The notes below the pieces were generated by a model, which was given only the letters and a program-made list of their open reading frames with translations, was not told the origin of the DNA and did not search any database. Shown piece after piece: positions 39,157-53,814 of a stretch of 64,000 nucleotides of DNA. The position numbers and the translations under genes are program-made. The DNA comes from Carcharhinus amblyrhynchos (taxonomy: Eukaryota): NCBI GenBank assembly GCA_965287045.1, contig OZ336889.1, positions 13,826,001-13,890,000 of the forward strand. Direction: 5' to 3'. The stretch's first letter is position 1. Each line of letters begins with the position of its first letter.

Positions 39157-39838
39157 ATTGGAACTCTGATGAAGAAGAGGAGAGAGACGTATGACATGTA
39201 TAGGCAACAGGGAACAAATAAGATGCTTGAGGAGTATAAAAAGTGCAAGAAATTACTTAAGAAAAAAATCAGGAGGGCTAAGAGAAGACATGAGGTTGCT
39301 TTGGCAGACAAAGTGAAGGATAATCCTAAGAGCTTCTACAGGTATATTAAGAGCAAAAGGATAGTATGGGATAAAATTGGTCCTCTTGAAGGTCAGAGTG
39401 GTCGGCTATGTATGGAACCAAAAGAAATGGGGGAGATATTAAATTGGTTTTTTGCATCTGTATTTACTAAGGAAACAGGCATGGAGTCTATGGAAAGAAG
39501 GCAAACAAGTAGGGAGGTCATGGAACCTATACAGATTAAAGGGAAGGAGGTGCTTGCTGTCTTGAGGCAAAGCAGAGTAGATAAATCTCCAGGACTGGAC
39601 AAGGTATTCCCTCAGACTTTGAAGGAGACTAGTGTTGAAATTGCAGGGGCCCTGGCAGATGTACTTAAAATGTCAGTATCCACGGGTGAGTTGCTGGATG
39701 AATGGAGGATAGTTCATGTTGTTCCGTTGCTTAAAAAAGGCCCAAAAAGTAATTCAGGAAATTATAGGCTGGCAAGTTTGACGTCAGTAGTAGGTAAATT
39801 ATTGGAAGGAGTACTAAGAGATAGGATCTACAAATACC
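39157..39838 (+). mobile_element. Internal CR1 ORF2 fragment, no tail
   Basis: Open frame KDNPKSFYRYIKSKR...FASVFT...KSPGLD...NYRLASLTSVVGKLLE. Confidence 0.85.
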
Positions 39839-41371
39839 TCAGAAGATTATTACCACCACACACAACCCTTCTATTTGTGATTTTGCATGAACTATTAACA
39901 TTTATTTTCACCCCCGCTCCACTATCTGGTCTGGCACTCTGGTTCCCACCCCCCGCATCCCAATAATGAATTTTTAAAAATAAGGACCAAGTATCTTGAC
40001 TGGTATCCATAGTGAAATCAAAGTAAACTATTTTTAAAAAATGTTTCAACTGTTTATTTGAATTGAGAAGTGTATCAGTAAATGTTATCCTGAGCTATAT
40101 ATTTTTGGTAAGTTGCATGTACTATCACTAGGATCTGTTGAGTAAGGTAGTGCTAGAGACACAATTGGATACAATGTTGATTGGCATGAGCATTGGGGAA
40201 CAGAGTTAGGTTTTCCACTCGGGCAGAGTTTTCCATTCTGGAAAATACGTTTGGTGACGGGCTGGAAAGTTGACATGATTCCTGCTGGGTTGTGGGAGGA
40301 CTGAACGCATGCGATCTTCCACTTTTCAGCATATTAGTTATGCATCAGTGAGAGGGTTGGCCAGCCTCATGGGGGAGCAAAGATTCATTCGCTCCACCAT
40401 TACCATCTATAAGAATAAGGGCAGTAAATGTATGGGACATGACATCTGGATGTTCCCCTCCAAGCCACTCACCACCCTGGCTCATTTCCATGCTACCGGG
40501 TCAAAATCCCGGAACTTCTTCCCTAACAGCACTCTGGGTGTACCACATGGATTGCAACAATTCAAGAAAGCAGTTCACCATCTTCTCTAGGGCAGTTGGG
40601 GATGGCGAATAAATGCTGGCCTAGCTAGTGATGCCAACAAACCATGAATGAATATTCAAAATACTATAACTTGTGCAGTCCGTTTAGTCTTGCCTTTGTT
40701 CCAGCAAAAAGGCTAAAGTACACATGCAAATGTGAATATTGAGACCAAATGACCAATGATGGATATTACTCATTTTTTATACTTATTTCAATTTACCACA
40801 CTTTGCCTACAGCTAACATATTGGACAGCACTAATTTCAAGCATCAATGTAGATTGCAAGATGTCTTACAATGTACAATGTACTTTGCACTATACAAAAG
40901 TAGGCTCTTGTAATTTAGTTAGGGTTAGTTAGAGGAAATTCTTAGTCTCTGGATAACAGCTGTTGGTAAGCATGATATAGAATTTGGGTTTAGGAACAAG
41001 AACCCATACATCCAAGATGTTATATATACCATTTGAAATGCAGATGGACAAGCATCTCCTGTTGAAGTGCTGCAGTTCCAATTGATGAAACCGCACCTAG
41101 AAGCATTTGTCCTCCTGTAGTCAGAAGGATGTTGGAATTGACTCTCTCATTTTGTACTGAATTATTCTTCTTGAAGTGCCACTGATAAGTTGCTCGTATC
41201 TACTGTCTACTTGTAATTTGTTTAATGACCAATTATTGCAAATTATTAAGTGGGACCTCCAGGTTAGGTTATGGTCTTTTCAAGGCGAGATATCTAGCGA
41301 TGGAAAAACAAAACCAGATAATTCCTCTGTTGCACACTTGGTAATTTGTTAACTGATTCAGCCAGATCCAC

Positions 41372-41582
41372 TGGCCGGGGTTTTTGGTTGTCCATGCCAG
41401 CAGGATCTTCTGGTCCCACTGGTGGTGTACATCTGCCACGGATGTCCCGGTGGTGTGGGGTGCAGATGGAGTCAACGGGAAATCCCGTTGATAGTGGCAG
41501 GACCAGAAGATCCTGCAGTTGGCCAATGGCATGCTGTCTCCCACCATGAGAAAGATGCAGCAGGGAGGCCAGAGAACCCCAC
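41372..41582. mobile_element. GC-rich internally palindromic MITE-like repeat
   Basis: 17-bp inverted repeat 41400-41416/41500-41516; hairpin 41472-41491. Confidence 0.55.
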
Positions 41583-42544
41583 ACGTCGTAACTTGGAGCC
41601 ACTTTGAAGATTGAGTACCAAGTCTGGTTCAAACGTCGGACTGAAAATATGATTTGTCATTAGAGCTAGGATTTTCCTACTTACTGTCAGATGGCCCTGC
41701 AAGTCAGTGCCCTGAGGTGTTCCTAATCTGAACATGTCTTTCTTTTTAACAAATATTGTGCTGTATTTAATCACAATATGACTATCTATGCAATCAGCTG
41801 TTCTAATATCTAATAGACTAAAATTTTTTAAGTATTGTAATGTAACACCCAAAACTGCAGTTACCAGCCAACTAAAGGGCAAGTACCATATAATTTGATC
41901 GAAAGTTACAAAATGTCAAATTGTATAGGCATTTTGGAGAATATTGTAAAGCCTGTTTCCATTAGTATTTTTGTAATTGTTTTGGTGTAAAGTTTCTTCA
42001 TTTCAAAGCTGCAGTTACTGTGATTATTTTAGTTTTCTTTTTGTCTGTAGTAAAGTAATTTCACTTTCAGGAGCATTTTGTACTGGACATGGGGCAAGAA
42101 TTGAAATGGTCCACTGCCAGTCTGTGCTCAGTTACGTGCTGTGCTGAATTACATGCTCCCAGTTTGTTGGAAAGCAAACCACAGAACATTGGCAGTACTG
42201 AATATTTGATTTCCATATTGGTTCCTGGTGTAGTTTGTTTTGGAATGATGGTGTCTAATTTATAGCATGTACATTGATCCTAGATTTGCAACCTTTTTTT
42301 CACCATTTTCTAGCTGTGCATACATATTTAGATGTAGATATGTTAAGGACATACAGAATGAATTTTACTTTAATGGCAAGCTGTGCTTTTTAAGTTGCAA
42401 GTTGGTACAAATATTGTTGTGCATTCTGCACTACACTTTTGTGTGCTGAATCTAAATTCCTGACTAATAACTGTTGATCAAAAGTTAATCTAGCTTGATC
42501 TATTTCAACCAATTTCTGAATTGAATTCAAAAGAAGAGTATACT

Positions 42545-42955
42545 AAAGATAGTGATTAAAAGCTTGGGTGAAAGATGTATGTTTTAAGGGTAGTCTTAAA
42601 CTCTCCTCCTTCTTTTACCACCCAACCCCCTCCTTTAGGGAAATCCAGCATTTTGAGCCAAAATTACAGAAATAAGAGAAATGAGACCATAAAGGGAATT
42701 TAATCATGGAGATGAGAATTTTAGATTCAATGTATCTGAAAATCAGAAAGCTAATATAGGTCAGTGAAGACAGATGATTGGGCAAGTTAAAGGCAGCCAA
42801 ATTTGGGATGAGCTGAGGTTTAAGGTCTGAAGAAGACTGACTAGAAAATCATTGAAATAGTGAAGGCTGAAGTTAACAAAGCACAAATTAAAATTTAATT
42901 TGCAGATGTACTGAGATAATAAATGGGTGCAATGTTATGGAAGTAAGAAGTCTTT
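42545..42955 (-). mobile_element. Old L2-like LINE 3' region
   Basis: Degenerate purine-rich L2-type 3' region; similar to 55220-55440. Confidence 0.45.
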
Positions 42956-43249
42956 GGAGCTCTCATATGTATATCCATTTTTCATAACTATAAAAAAAAA
43001 AGCTGTGTTAAGTTCAACACACCATCTCTGGTATGGTTTTTATTTTTAAAAATTTACATAAGGTAGGAAAATGTAAATACAATTAACCTGAATGAAAAGA
43101 TATTGACATGTCTAGAAAAGGCTTGCATTTCTGTCTCCCACGTTCTTTCTTCTGTCATAAATTCCCTCTTTCAGCAGGTAGCCAGCAAACTTTAAATCAC
43201 CATCTAATTATTTTCAACCACATGACCTTATGGATTAAAGCAACCATAA

Positions 43250-43597
43250 TAAATGGTATAAAGGCACTTACACGTAGCAGCACCAAATCATGAAAACCAG
43301 AAGGTCCCAAGTATGCTTCTGATTCTATGTTGAGTCTGCAGATCTCAACAGAAGCAGCATTTGGGGAGAATTCACCTTGCCAGCTGTTTCAATGGGAGAA
43401 AAAAACCTGCCATTGTTCTTGATCCAGTTTGCTATCCAGTGATTCTTGCAGACAACTGTGTGTGTAGACATCAGGTAAAGACAAGATTGAGTATGATTGA
43501 CTCTCTATTCAAATATCCTGCTGTCGTTGACTCCCTAGGCATTCTTGCACAAGCAAGATATTTAAAGGATGCTGACATCAACAAGTGTCAGCACATT
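43250..43597 (+). mobile_element. Old tRNA-derived SINE-like repeat, family not assigned
   Basis: Degenerate B-box-like AGAAGGTCCCAAGT followed by a ~300-nt body; recognised by eye only. Confidence 0.35.
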
Positions 43598-44206
43598 TGA
43601 CTTGATTTATTATTGTCACATGTGTTAGTATACGGTGAAAAGTATTGTTTCTTATATGCTAGACAGGTAAAGCATATGTTCATAGAGAAGGAAACAAGAG
43701 AGTGCAGAATGTAGTTTTACAGTCATAGCTAGGGCTAGAGAAAGATCAAATTAATGCAAGGTAGATCCATTCCAAAAGTCTGATGGTAGCAGAGAAGAAA
43801 CTGTTCTTGTGTCGGTTGGTATATGATCTCAGACTTTCGAAGGTGGAAGAGAGAATGTCCAGGGTGCGTGCGGTCCTTAATCATGCTGGCTGCTTTGCCG
43901 AGGCAGCGGGAAGTGTAGAGAGAGTCAATGGATGAGAGCTGGTTTGCATGATGGATTGGGCTGCATTCATGACATTTTGTAGTTTCTTGCGGTCTTGGAC
44001 AGAACAGGAGCCATACCAAGCAGAGTTACAACCAGAAAGAGTGCTTTCTATGGTACATCTGTAAAAGTTGGTGAGAGTTGTAGGTGATGTGCCAAATTTC
44101 CTTAGTCTTCTGAGAAAGTAGTGTGTTGGTGGGCTTTCTTAACTACAGTGTTGGCATGGGGGGACCAGGACAAGTTAATCATCTGGACACCTAAAAGTTT
44201 GAAGCT
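43598..44206 (-). mobile_element. Rex1/Babar-clade LINE 3' end
   Basis: Highly similar to 32982-33590 (GCCAAATTTCCTTAGTCTTCTGAGAAAGTAG). Confidence 0.8.
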
Positions 44207-44662
44207 TTAATTTGGAAAGATAAGGTTAACAACTGAATAGAGCAAAGGAACTATTGTAAATAAATAATGACTATGTTAGGGGAATATTTTTACATTGTAA
44301 GCGTGAGTCAGTTCTCGTCAATTACCAAATTTAGAGTAGCTACCAGATGTGATATAATGAACAGAATAATTAACATAAAGAAGATTTCAGTGAATTCTGT
44401 TTCATTTCTCTCACACATGGAAATTCCTCTAAGCTAAAAGATTAATCAAACTCTCACAATTTTTTTTTTAAACTAATAGTACTATGCTATCTACTGCATC
44501 CTTCTTGGCTTCTTCCATAAGAATTAGATATTTTGTTTATAGTTCTTGGTTGACGGTTGACCTACTCCAAGCTCCTCCATGGGTCTGTCTTAAGGTAGCT
44601 GTCGAGTTGTGTAAACACAGTAGGATTTAATTGTTGAATTTTGCTTTGAGTTTTGAAATTAG

Positions 44663-46090
<1,428 letters not shown>

Positions 46091-49000
46091 AGCAAGAGCT
46101 GCTGTTTGGAAAAGATAGAATGGTGGTGTTAAATCTTTTATAGATATACACAGAAGCCTCCAGCCTCAATACAGCAGTCAAAGGCAAATGAAATGAAATG
46201 AAGTGGAGTGTTTAAAATGCCCCAGGGATTACAAGATGCTGGAATGAGCTTGGTTGGACAAAAGTATCGAATCTACTGGTGTTAATGATGAAAGATGGCA
46301 ATTTTTTTAAAATTACAGTAAAACTGGGATTTGGGACTCGTATTGGACATTGGAGGGCAAGATGCTGTTGGAAATGTGCAGAAAGCTTTGCCATGTGTGC
46401 TGATGAGTCTGCATGCAGAAAAATTTAATTCTCCAATCCTGCGCTGAATTCTGTGAACATGTGGTCCCAAGATCCTCACCATTGCCGCTTCGTCATTGTC
46501 ATCTTCATCTTTTAACGTGGTTACAAAAAAATGAGCTACTGCCTAAATCCTAGTGGAGAGTCGTTATTGCACTGTATTGGAATAAAGATAAAAGTGAGGA
46601 CAGTCCAGAATATTATAAAAGAAAGTAACTTGGAAAACTTGAACCTACTTCTTTAATTCTTGTTTGAGTTTTTTTTAAATTTTGTGTTGGCTGCTAAAAC
46701 GAAATAACTTTTCCTTTTAAGTTTAGAAGAAAGGTTAAAGTAATTTCACTTGAGGGAATTGATAGTTTTAAAGTTTTTTTGTAACTATACTATATGCCCA
46801 CATTTGTGCTAAAATAGCATAGCAAGCAGTGAGAAGATGTATGGGTTGATGGTATTGATAAATGCACTCAGAAGAATGCGCTACACATTATTGCTATTAT
46901 TTCCGTAGGACTAGAAAACTCATTAGGTGCAAATGAGTTTGTAAGAGCACATTCCTACGGAAGCAGACTGTGTACATACTGGCTTTAAACCTTTTAAGTG
47001 AAGTAAAAGCCTGTTGAGCATTGCCGAACACCCTGAGATTGAGTGCTACTTAAAAACAAACAGTATCTGATGGCAACTGTAAAATTATGGTAGGCCATGC
47101 AAAAAGATTACAAGCAGCCAAGCTGGCAGCCATACCATCCTTAAATTAGTATTCATCATAGACACCACTATAATATGACTGAGGACGAGCTTCCTCTCCC
47201 ACTTTTTCCCCATCCAGTACAAAATAACATTTGCTGCTTCTGGCCCTTTCCAATATTATTCATCATCAGTTGCTAAGTTCTGCATGACCAGGGTTTCTGA
47301 TGATTCAAAGGGTCATTGATGCTTTTAAAAGTGAACCTTCCCCGTGTTGCTTAGAATTAGCTAGCCACCATTCAGCAGTTACCAGTGAGGGACATTGGAG
47401 CTAACAAATTGGCTTTCATAAGTTCTTCTTTCCAAACATCAATTTTTAATTCCATGATAGAATTGCACTTGAAAAAAACGGTTTTTTGCTTAACCAAAAC
47501 AAATTACCTAGGTAAATTAGTCAATATCATGCCAGATTGCAGAAAACGAAAGGTGATTAAAATCAAAAAAATGAAGCACTGTAATAAGCTGTAGCTTGCA
47601 TTCTTAGTAAATTTACCAGAAAATACGCAAACTTTCTTTTGATTGTTCAACATGTTCTATGATTAGAAATTTAGATCACCATAAAAATAATGTTTTATTT
47701 CCTGCATAATTTAATGCCTGGCAAAATTACTTTGGATTAAGGCTGTAATTTAAATTAGTTGCTGCATAATTCATATTGGGTTAAAATGCCTCTAATTGAC
47801 AATATTTGCAACAGAAAAAAGGCAAACACAACAGGGTTTTATTTTGGATATAAAGTATCTTGACCTACCCCTGAGAAACTTGCACCCTGCAATTTAAAAC
47901 CTGAGTTATCAAGTGGCCAGATTAGTGCAACTAGCCAAGCGTATTAAATTATCATGATTCAGTTTCGATTTTATGCTGAGCACCAGGCAAGTCTCTGACA
48001 TTCCGTTCCGGTTTTCTATCACATCTCTGTTTCTCACCAACATTTTCACACTATTTTGCTACATTCTTTAACCCAGAGAATGAGGAACAGCAGGCTGCAT
48101 ATTTATCCACATCTGTTTTGTTAATGTGTACCAATTGGCAATGGGAAGGCTGATCAGAAAGTGAGGTGGATGGTTGTATCATTTCACTTCCTCTTGCCCC
48201 CCATCACCACCACAACTTCCCAAATCCTCGTGGATTGGAAAATCAACTTCTGTTTGATTCAGTCATTATATCCACTGCCTAAGTTATATTTGGCTGCTGC
48301 TATCATTGAAAAAAAGAGATATAATCAGCATCTGTAGTAAAAAAAAATGAAATTTCAGTTTAAAAATTTCATCAAACCAGTTTTGCTAACTTGAACAATA
48401 TTTTTTATTACAGTTGCTGATGGATTTGCTGTGTATTTCCAACATTTTCTGCTTGCATAGTAGCATCCAAAACAAACATCTGTCATAATTCCCAATGGGA
48501 TTTAAATCATATCTTTGTATTCTTTGTTTGTACATGTGGAGTTGTGGCCTTAAAAGGTTCACCCATGTCATGTGATTAATGGTAATTCTCTGGACTCCAT
48601 TATTTATAATGTGTTATTGCTTTGTAGAATCCACACAAAAATGTATTCATTAATCTTTCCTTTCTATAATTTTGCAGTGTTGGGAAAGAAATTACAGTAA
48701 AATTTGAAATAACCACAAATGCTCCCCAAGCTTGTGTGCTCTATATAACAGCCTTACTAAACTGATAAAGTTCAGCCAACAATTTCAAAGCAGTGCAATG
48801 CTTAATTTACAGTCTAGAAGTCAGGTACAGAATTTGGATGTGTTTATTTGAATTGGCTTGCACATGAATTTGCTGAACAATTCATATGAGAGCACATGCA
48901 GCAAATATTTCCAGCGCTTTCAGTAAGTACTGGCTTTTGCAGACTGTGCTTTTAAAGTCCATTTGTCCTATTTCTGTTTTTTAAATACTGATTGTGTTTT

Positions 49001-50580
49001 AATTTTATTTCATTAGCTGCTTTTGATATCTGTATATATACACTAGTTCTGTTTTATCCACTGTACACACATGATTGTGTAGCTAGCCTTGATTTGGGAT
49101 GAGAGGAAAAATAGAAATGGCAAATATATTTATCTTTAATTGCACAATGGGAGTAATTGTACAGAGACAAAGGAATGTGAGACCTGGAACATTTATGTTC
49201 TGGCTTGAGAAAAACTGATGAAAGGAAAGGGTGAGGGTACTTTATTATTATTCATGTGAAAATTGATTGATTCAATACCCAAAAATACTTCAGTGTACAG
49301 GTGTATTTAACAAGCTTACCTGTCAAGTATATGTGATGGTACATACTGGAAGTGTAAGTTAATTATTTTTTTGTAGGGAGTCAAAATACAAATATTTTGT
49401 AACCGTTGAACTTGGCCGTCAAAAAATACTAATAGTTGATTCCAGCCTCCATAATGAACAAATTCTGGAATGAATGACCAGGTTAAACTCCTGAAGTAAA
49501 GAGACTAACTAGGATGGTCAACTTGTATATTGTCGTTGCATCTCTGGGATCTGACCTGATTTCGGTTACATTGGTTTACAAGTTTTACCACTCCACTGAC
49601 CATGAGGATCCTGTATGAAATTATTTTTGGACCTAACCTAATATAAGCTTGCTGTTCACATTATTTGAAATTCAATTGGTTATGTGGGTGGGGGTATCAA
49701 ATGCTCCTCTAAGTCTTGGGTTTGGGGATGCATAAAAAATAGATTCACTCTGCATCCGTTTCTGACCTGGGCAAGCTTCATGCTGACCATGGATGTAAAA
49801 GCTGAAGAACACTCTCATTTCTTAATATACATGTCCTAATCTGAATAAAATTTTACACGGATGAGTCAATGCAATGATTATCTTTTGCATCTTTGGCATT
49901 TTTCATAATACAGGCATGAGTGGGTTTCCAAATTGATGTGCCGGTTTGCACTTTACTGGGTGAATATTTGGTGCAGTTTGAAATTATGAAAGTTGTAAAC
50001 CAGATTTTTCTTACTCATTATTGACCATCCATTATTCATAATGGTTTTGTTTATGTATGGGATGAATACATTTTTTGTTCCAAATTTTTACTTTTGTTTC
50101 CTGTAATTCAGATGTGATTAAATACAGAGGAATTTGTCCAAGAAATGCTAAGCCAGTATCAGGATCAATCTAGAATGAGAGAGAATGGGACAGATTAATT
50201 GGACACTATAACATTGTTTTGATCAGTTATCATTTTTACAAGCCTCATCTTTTTCAATGTTTAGTACAGTGTTCACAAAAGAAAAATGTGTCTCCTCTTT
50301 CCTAATCCATTAGAGCAAGTATTGCTAGGTGTAAACCCGCTATCCAAGAAATAAGTATTCCTGCAGTGAAACATTATAAACTCCTTAATCACAAAATATA
50401 CTAACTTATTAGAACATATTTTGAAATATCCTCTGCCCTCAACACATTATTTTTCTCCCATGCTGAAACAAACATGAGCCCACATTGTATCTGAATGTCT
50501 CATTTCAAATGTTGGAGAAAATTCAGCAGCATTTTATTGCTGTCCAGAGTGTCCTGTGTTAACTTGATGGAAAATTCTCC
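46091..50580 (+). other. Putative FAM222A 3' UTR (extent uncertain)
   Basis: About 4.5 kb almost free of recognisable repeats after the stop; AATAAA at 46581 and 49844; Pumilio-type TGTACATA (46971) and TGTATATA (49031). Confidence 0.55.
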
Positions 50581-50605
50581 AGAATTAGGATAATCTTTCC
50601 TTTCA

Positions 50606-50895
50606 AGTTCAAAGTTTATTTATTAGTGTCACAAGTAGGCTTACATTAACACCACAATGAAGTTGCTGTGAAAATCCCCTAGTCGCCACACTCCGCACCT
50701 CTTCGGGTACACTGGGGGAGAATTTAGCATGGTCAGTATATTTAATCACCTTTCAGACTTGTGGGAGGCAACCGGAGGAAACCCACATAGTCACAAGAAC
50801 ATGCAAACTCCAAAAGCAGTGACCCAAGCTGGAAATTGAACCTGGGTCCCAGGTGCTGTGAGGCAGCAGTGCTAACTACTGTGCCACCTTGCTAC
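50606..50895 (-). mobile_element. HE1-like SINE (alternative tail)
   Basis: AAAGTTTATTTATTAGTGTCACAAGTAGGC...GCTAACTACTGTGCCACC. Confidence 0.85.
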
Positions 50896-51223
50896 CCTTC
50901 ACCATTTATCAAGCAAAAAATTTGGGATTGGGTTTTTGACTAAATGCATACTTTATTTTGAGCTTCTGTTATATCAGTGATGTTCATAATGGAGTGATTG
51001 AACTGGTTGGGAAGAGGAGTCAAACAAGACCACCTGAATCCTACCACTTGGCATCTATAATCTGTGCAATTCTTTCTTCCATCCAGGGAGGTATATTACT
51101 TTACAGTGCAATAAAATGGGTTCAATGATGATGATGTGGGTATGCCGGCGTTGGACTGGCGTAAACACAGTAAAAAGTCTGACAACACCAGGTTTTAGTC
51201 CAACCTATTTATTTGATAATATA

Positions 51224-51260
51224 CTCGCAAGCTTTCGGGTTAGCCCCTTCGTCAGGTGAA
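51224..51260 (-). ncRNA. Minimal type-I hammerhead ribozyme motif
   Basis: UUCAC-CUGACGA-AGGGGCUAACCC-GAAA-GC-UU-GCGAG. Confidence 0.6.
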
Positions 51261-51710
51261 TGGAGAGTTCTGGCCTCAGACAGAGCATATAAAGCACAGA
51301 CAGAGCATATAAATCACACGTGAGAATACCGTCCACCAGGTACATGGTAAACACTCTTGCAACTCGGCCAACATTGTCTACCTGATACGTTGCAAGAAAG
51401 GATGTCCCGAAGCATGGTACATTGGGGAGACCATGCAGACGCCACGACAACGGATGAATGAACATCGTTCGACAGTCACCAGTCCTGCCTGGTGACTGTC
51501 GAGCGATGTTCATTCATCCGTTGTCGTGGCGTCTGCATGGTCTCCCCAATGTACCATGCTTCGGGACATCCTTTCTTGCAACGTATCAGGTAGACAATGT
51601 TGGCCGAGTTGCAAGAGTGTTTACCATGTACCTGGTGGACGGTATTCTCACGTGTGATTTATATGCTCTGTCTGTGCTTTATATGCTCTGTCTGAGGCCA
51701 GAACTCTCCA

Positions 51711-51747
51711 TTCACCTGACGAAGGGGCTAACCCGAAAGCTTGCGAG
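51711..51747 (+). ncRNA. Minimal type-I hammerhead ribozyme motif
   Basis: Identical to 51224-51260. Confidence 0.6.
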
Positions 51748-53632
51748 TATATTATCAATGATGATGACACAGAGAAGTTTTTAACATTATGGGGATCATA
51801 CTGATAACAAGTTGGATCAAGAATTTTAGGTGGCAGTTATCAAAAATGTTCAGAAATTTCTGCAATAAAACTGGTTCTAATTAATTGAAATATGGAATCT
51901 CTTAAATCAAGAATGATCCTTGGTGGGTGTTTTCTGGTGCTGCCAATTCCATTTATTAAGCAGTACGTTTTCTAACGTAATTTTTTTTAACCAGTTCAAG
52001 TTAAATCCCCATGATATAGACATATAAATAAGTGGGTAAATCCGTGACACAACATGAGCCTGTTTAGCTCTATTGTCATAACGCGGTAACCAAAACAAGC
52101 TTTTACTGATGCCAAAATTAAACCTCTGCATTTGCCTAACCTTACACCAGAAATGGGAACAAAAAATCCAATTTTCTAGTGATGTCAACTCCTACCTCCT
52201 AACAGTACTACGAAAGTACTCAAAACTAACTGAATTGACATGTTGAAGGAAAATCCAAATTGTCATTAAGTTGAAGTCTGTTCGACAAAAACTTTGTTCC
52301 ATAGGTGTCAATTTATCGCCAGTATAGCGTATCATGGTGAATTAATGGATAAAAGCTAGAATTTAAGGCTAAAAGACAAGTGAAATTGTCTCCTGATAGA
52401 CTGATACAGTTACTGCTAGCAAGTAGCTTTGAGGAGGAGATTTAGGAAAGAGGAAGAGCTGAATTCTCCTCCATCTGATAGTTATTCTGCATGGATCATT
52501 GATACTAATTGAGCTAATCCAGGATATATTCCACCCACAATGACCCTATCAACTTTGGAGCAAGCGTATCCTTGCCAAACAATAAGCTGTATGCATTAGG
52601 ATAATGGTATTAAATTCCAAATAGGATTCTGCTTGGAGCACTCTGTCATTCTGCTTTTCTCCGTCAGCTGTTGAGACACTGCAACATATGGCATGTCATT
52701 AGGAAGATTCGCCTAGTGAAAAGCCAGTCTCCCAAACAGATTTTTTTGCAGGTGCTAAGAAGAGGCAAGAGAATAACATCCAAAGAATGGGATTTGTTTT
52801 ATGTTCACTCCCATTTAAAGCCTTTGAGAAAAGATCTGTACATTGTTGAGGAAAAGGTGTACCCACTTTTATTTTTGACATTCGAGGATCACTAATCAAG
52901 TTACTAATCAAATTTGCATCACACCTGGCATATTCCTCAAGATGTTATATCAAAATTTTCAGTGATGTCATGGTGACAATTCAACCTTTATAATCCATAG
53001 GGGAGAGAGAGAGGAAGGGCTGTCTCTACAGCCTATGAGAGGACAGATCCAGACAAACAAAAAAACTCCTCATTTCAAAGTGACCGTAGTCAGTTCTTTC
53101 ACAATTTAGGAGCAATGTGCACCTGTGGCAAAAATTTCATTATTATTATTCTTTGATTGGATGCTGGAATTGAAAAGATTGATGAAACAATATGACATAT
53201 TAGTGGTCTTTTTATGGGTAGAAAGCACACAAGATTAATGTTTTAAAAAGATAGAAGGTTCTTCATTCATAGTTCTTGTAGTTGAATAGGGCCTACTTTG
53301 TAGCATCTGCCAAATGCTTAATGTGATTAAGGATGGATAAAGGAATAATTTTGTGCAGAACACGGATGAATGATCAGCGGAAAGAGATGATGTGGTGTGA
53401 ATTGCCCAATTTATATTGCCAGTTTTTAACATATGGAAAGTAATATGCATAGGGTTACAAAAGGTGAGTTTCAAAACAAAACAATGGGTTTGATAGATTC
53501 CTTTTTGAGGCCCAATTAACACTGCACAAGGACAGAAATAATGGGCTAGATGCAATTGTGCTGGCAATTTGTTTTTGCAGGATAAATCTGACATCAATTT
53601 GTTAGTATAACAGGCATACGGATTATTTTGCT

Positions 53633-53657
53633 CCCCCCCCCCCCCCCCCCCCCCCCC
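53633..53657. repeat. Poly-C tract
   Basis: About 25 consecutive C. Confidence 0.95.
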
Positions 53658-53814
53658 GCTCCCTAGAGGAAGGATCTGATGTTCCTTTCGTTACCAGCTC
53701 AAGTTTAACAGTTGAAATAGTTGCAGTCTGAATGAAATCTGGTCAGTCTTTTTACCATTGTAAGTCAAAGTCCATCCAAGTAAGCAGGCCAATTCTGGTA
53801 AGTAGATAGATGTA

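Larger units (their letters stand above)
51135..51758 (-). mobile_element. Fold-back Penelope-like element insertion with GIY-YIG fragment
   Basis: Arms 51213-51482/51489-51758; the + strand at ~51313-51482 encodes HSCNSANIVYLIRCKKGCPEAWYIGETMQTPRQRMNEHR; TSD TCAATGATGATGA at 51122-51134 and 51755-51767. Confidence 0.9.

Noticed and set aside
37314-39838. Head-to-head CR1 pieces as one twin-primed 5' inversion
   Set aside because: Both cover the KSPG..NYR region and differ in sequence and decay, so they are separate elements.
51205-51784. Paired 102-aa and 108-aa ORFs as duplicated genes
   Set aside because: Antisense readings of the palindrome arms; the meaningful frame is the GIY-YIG fragment.
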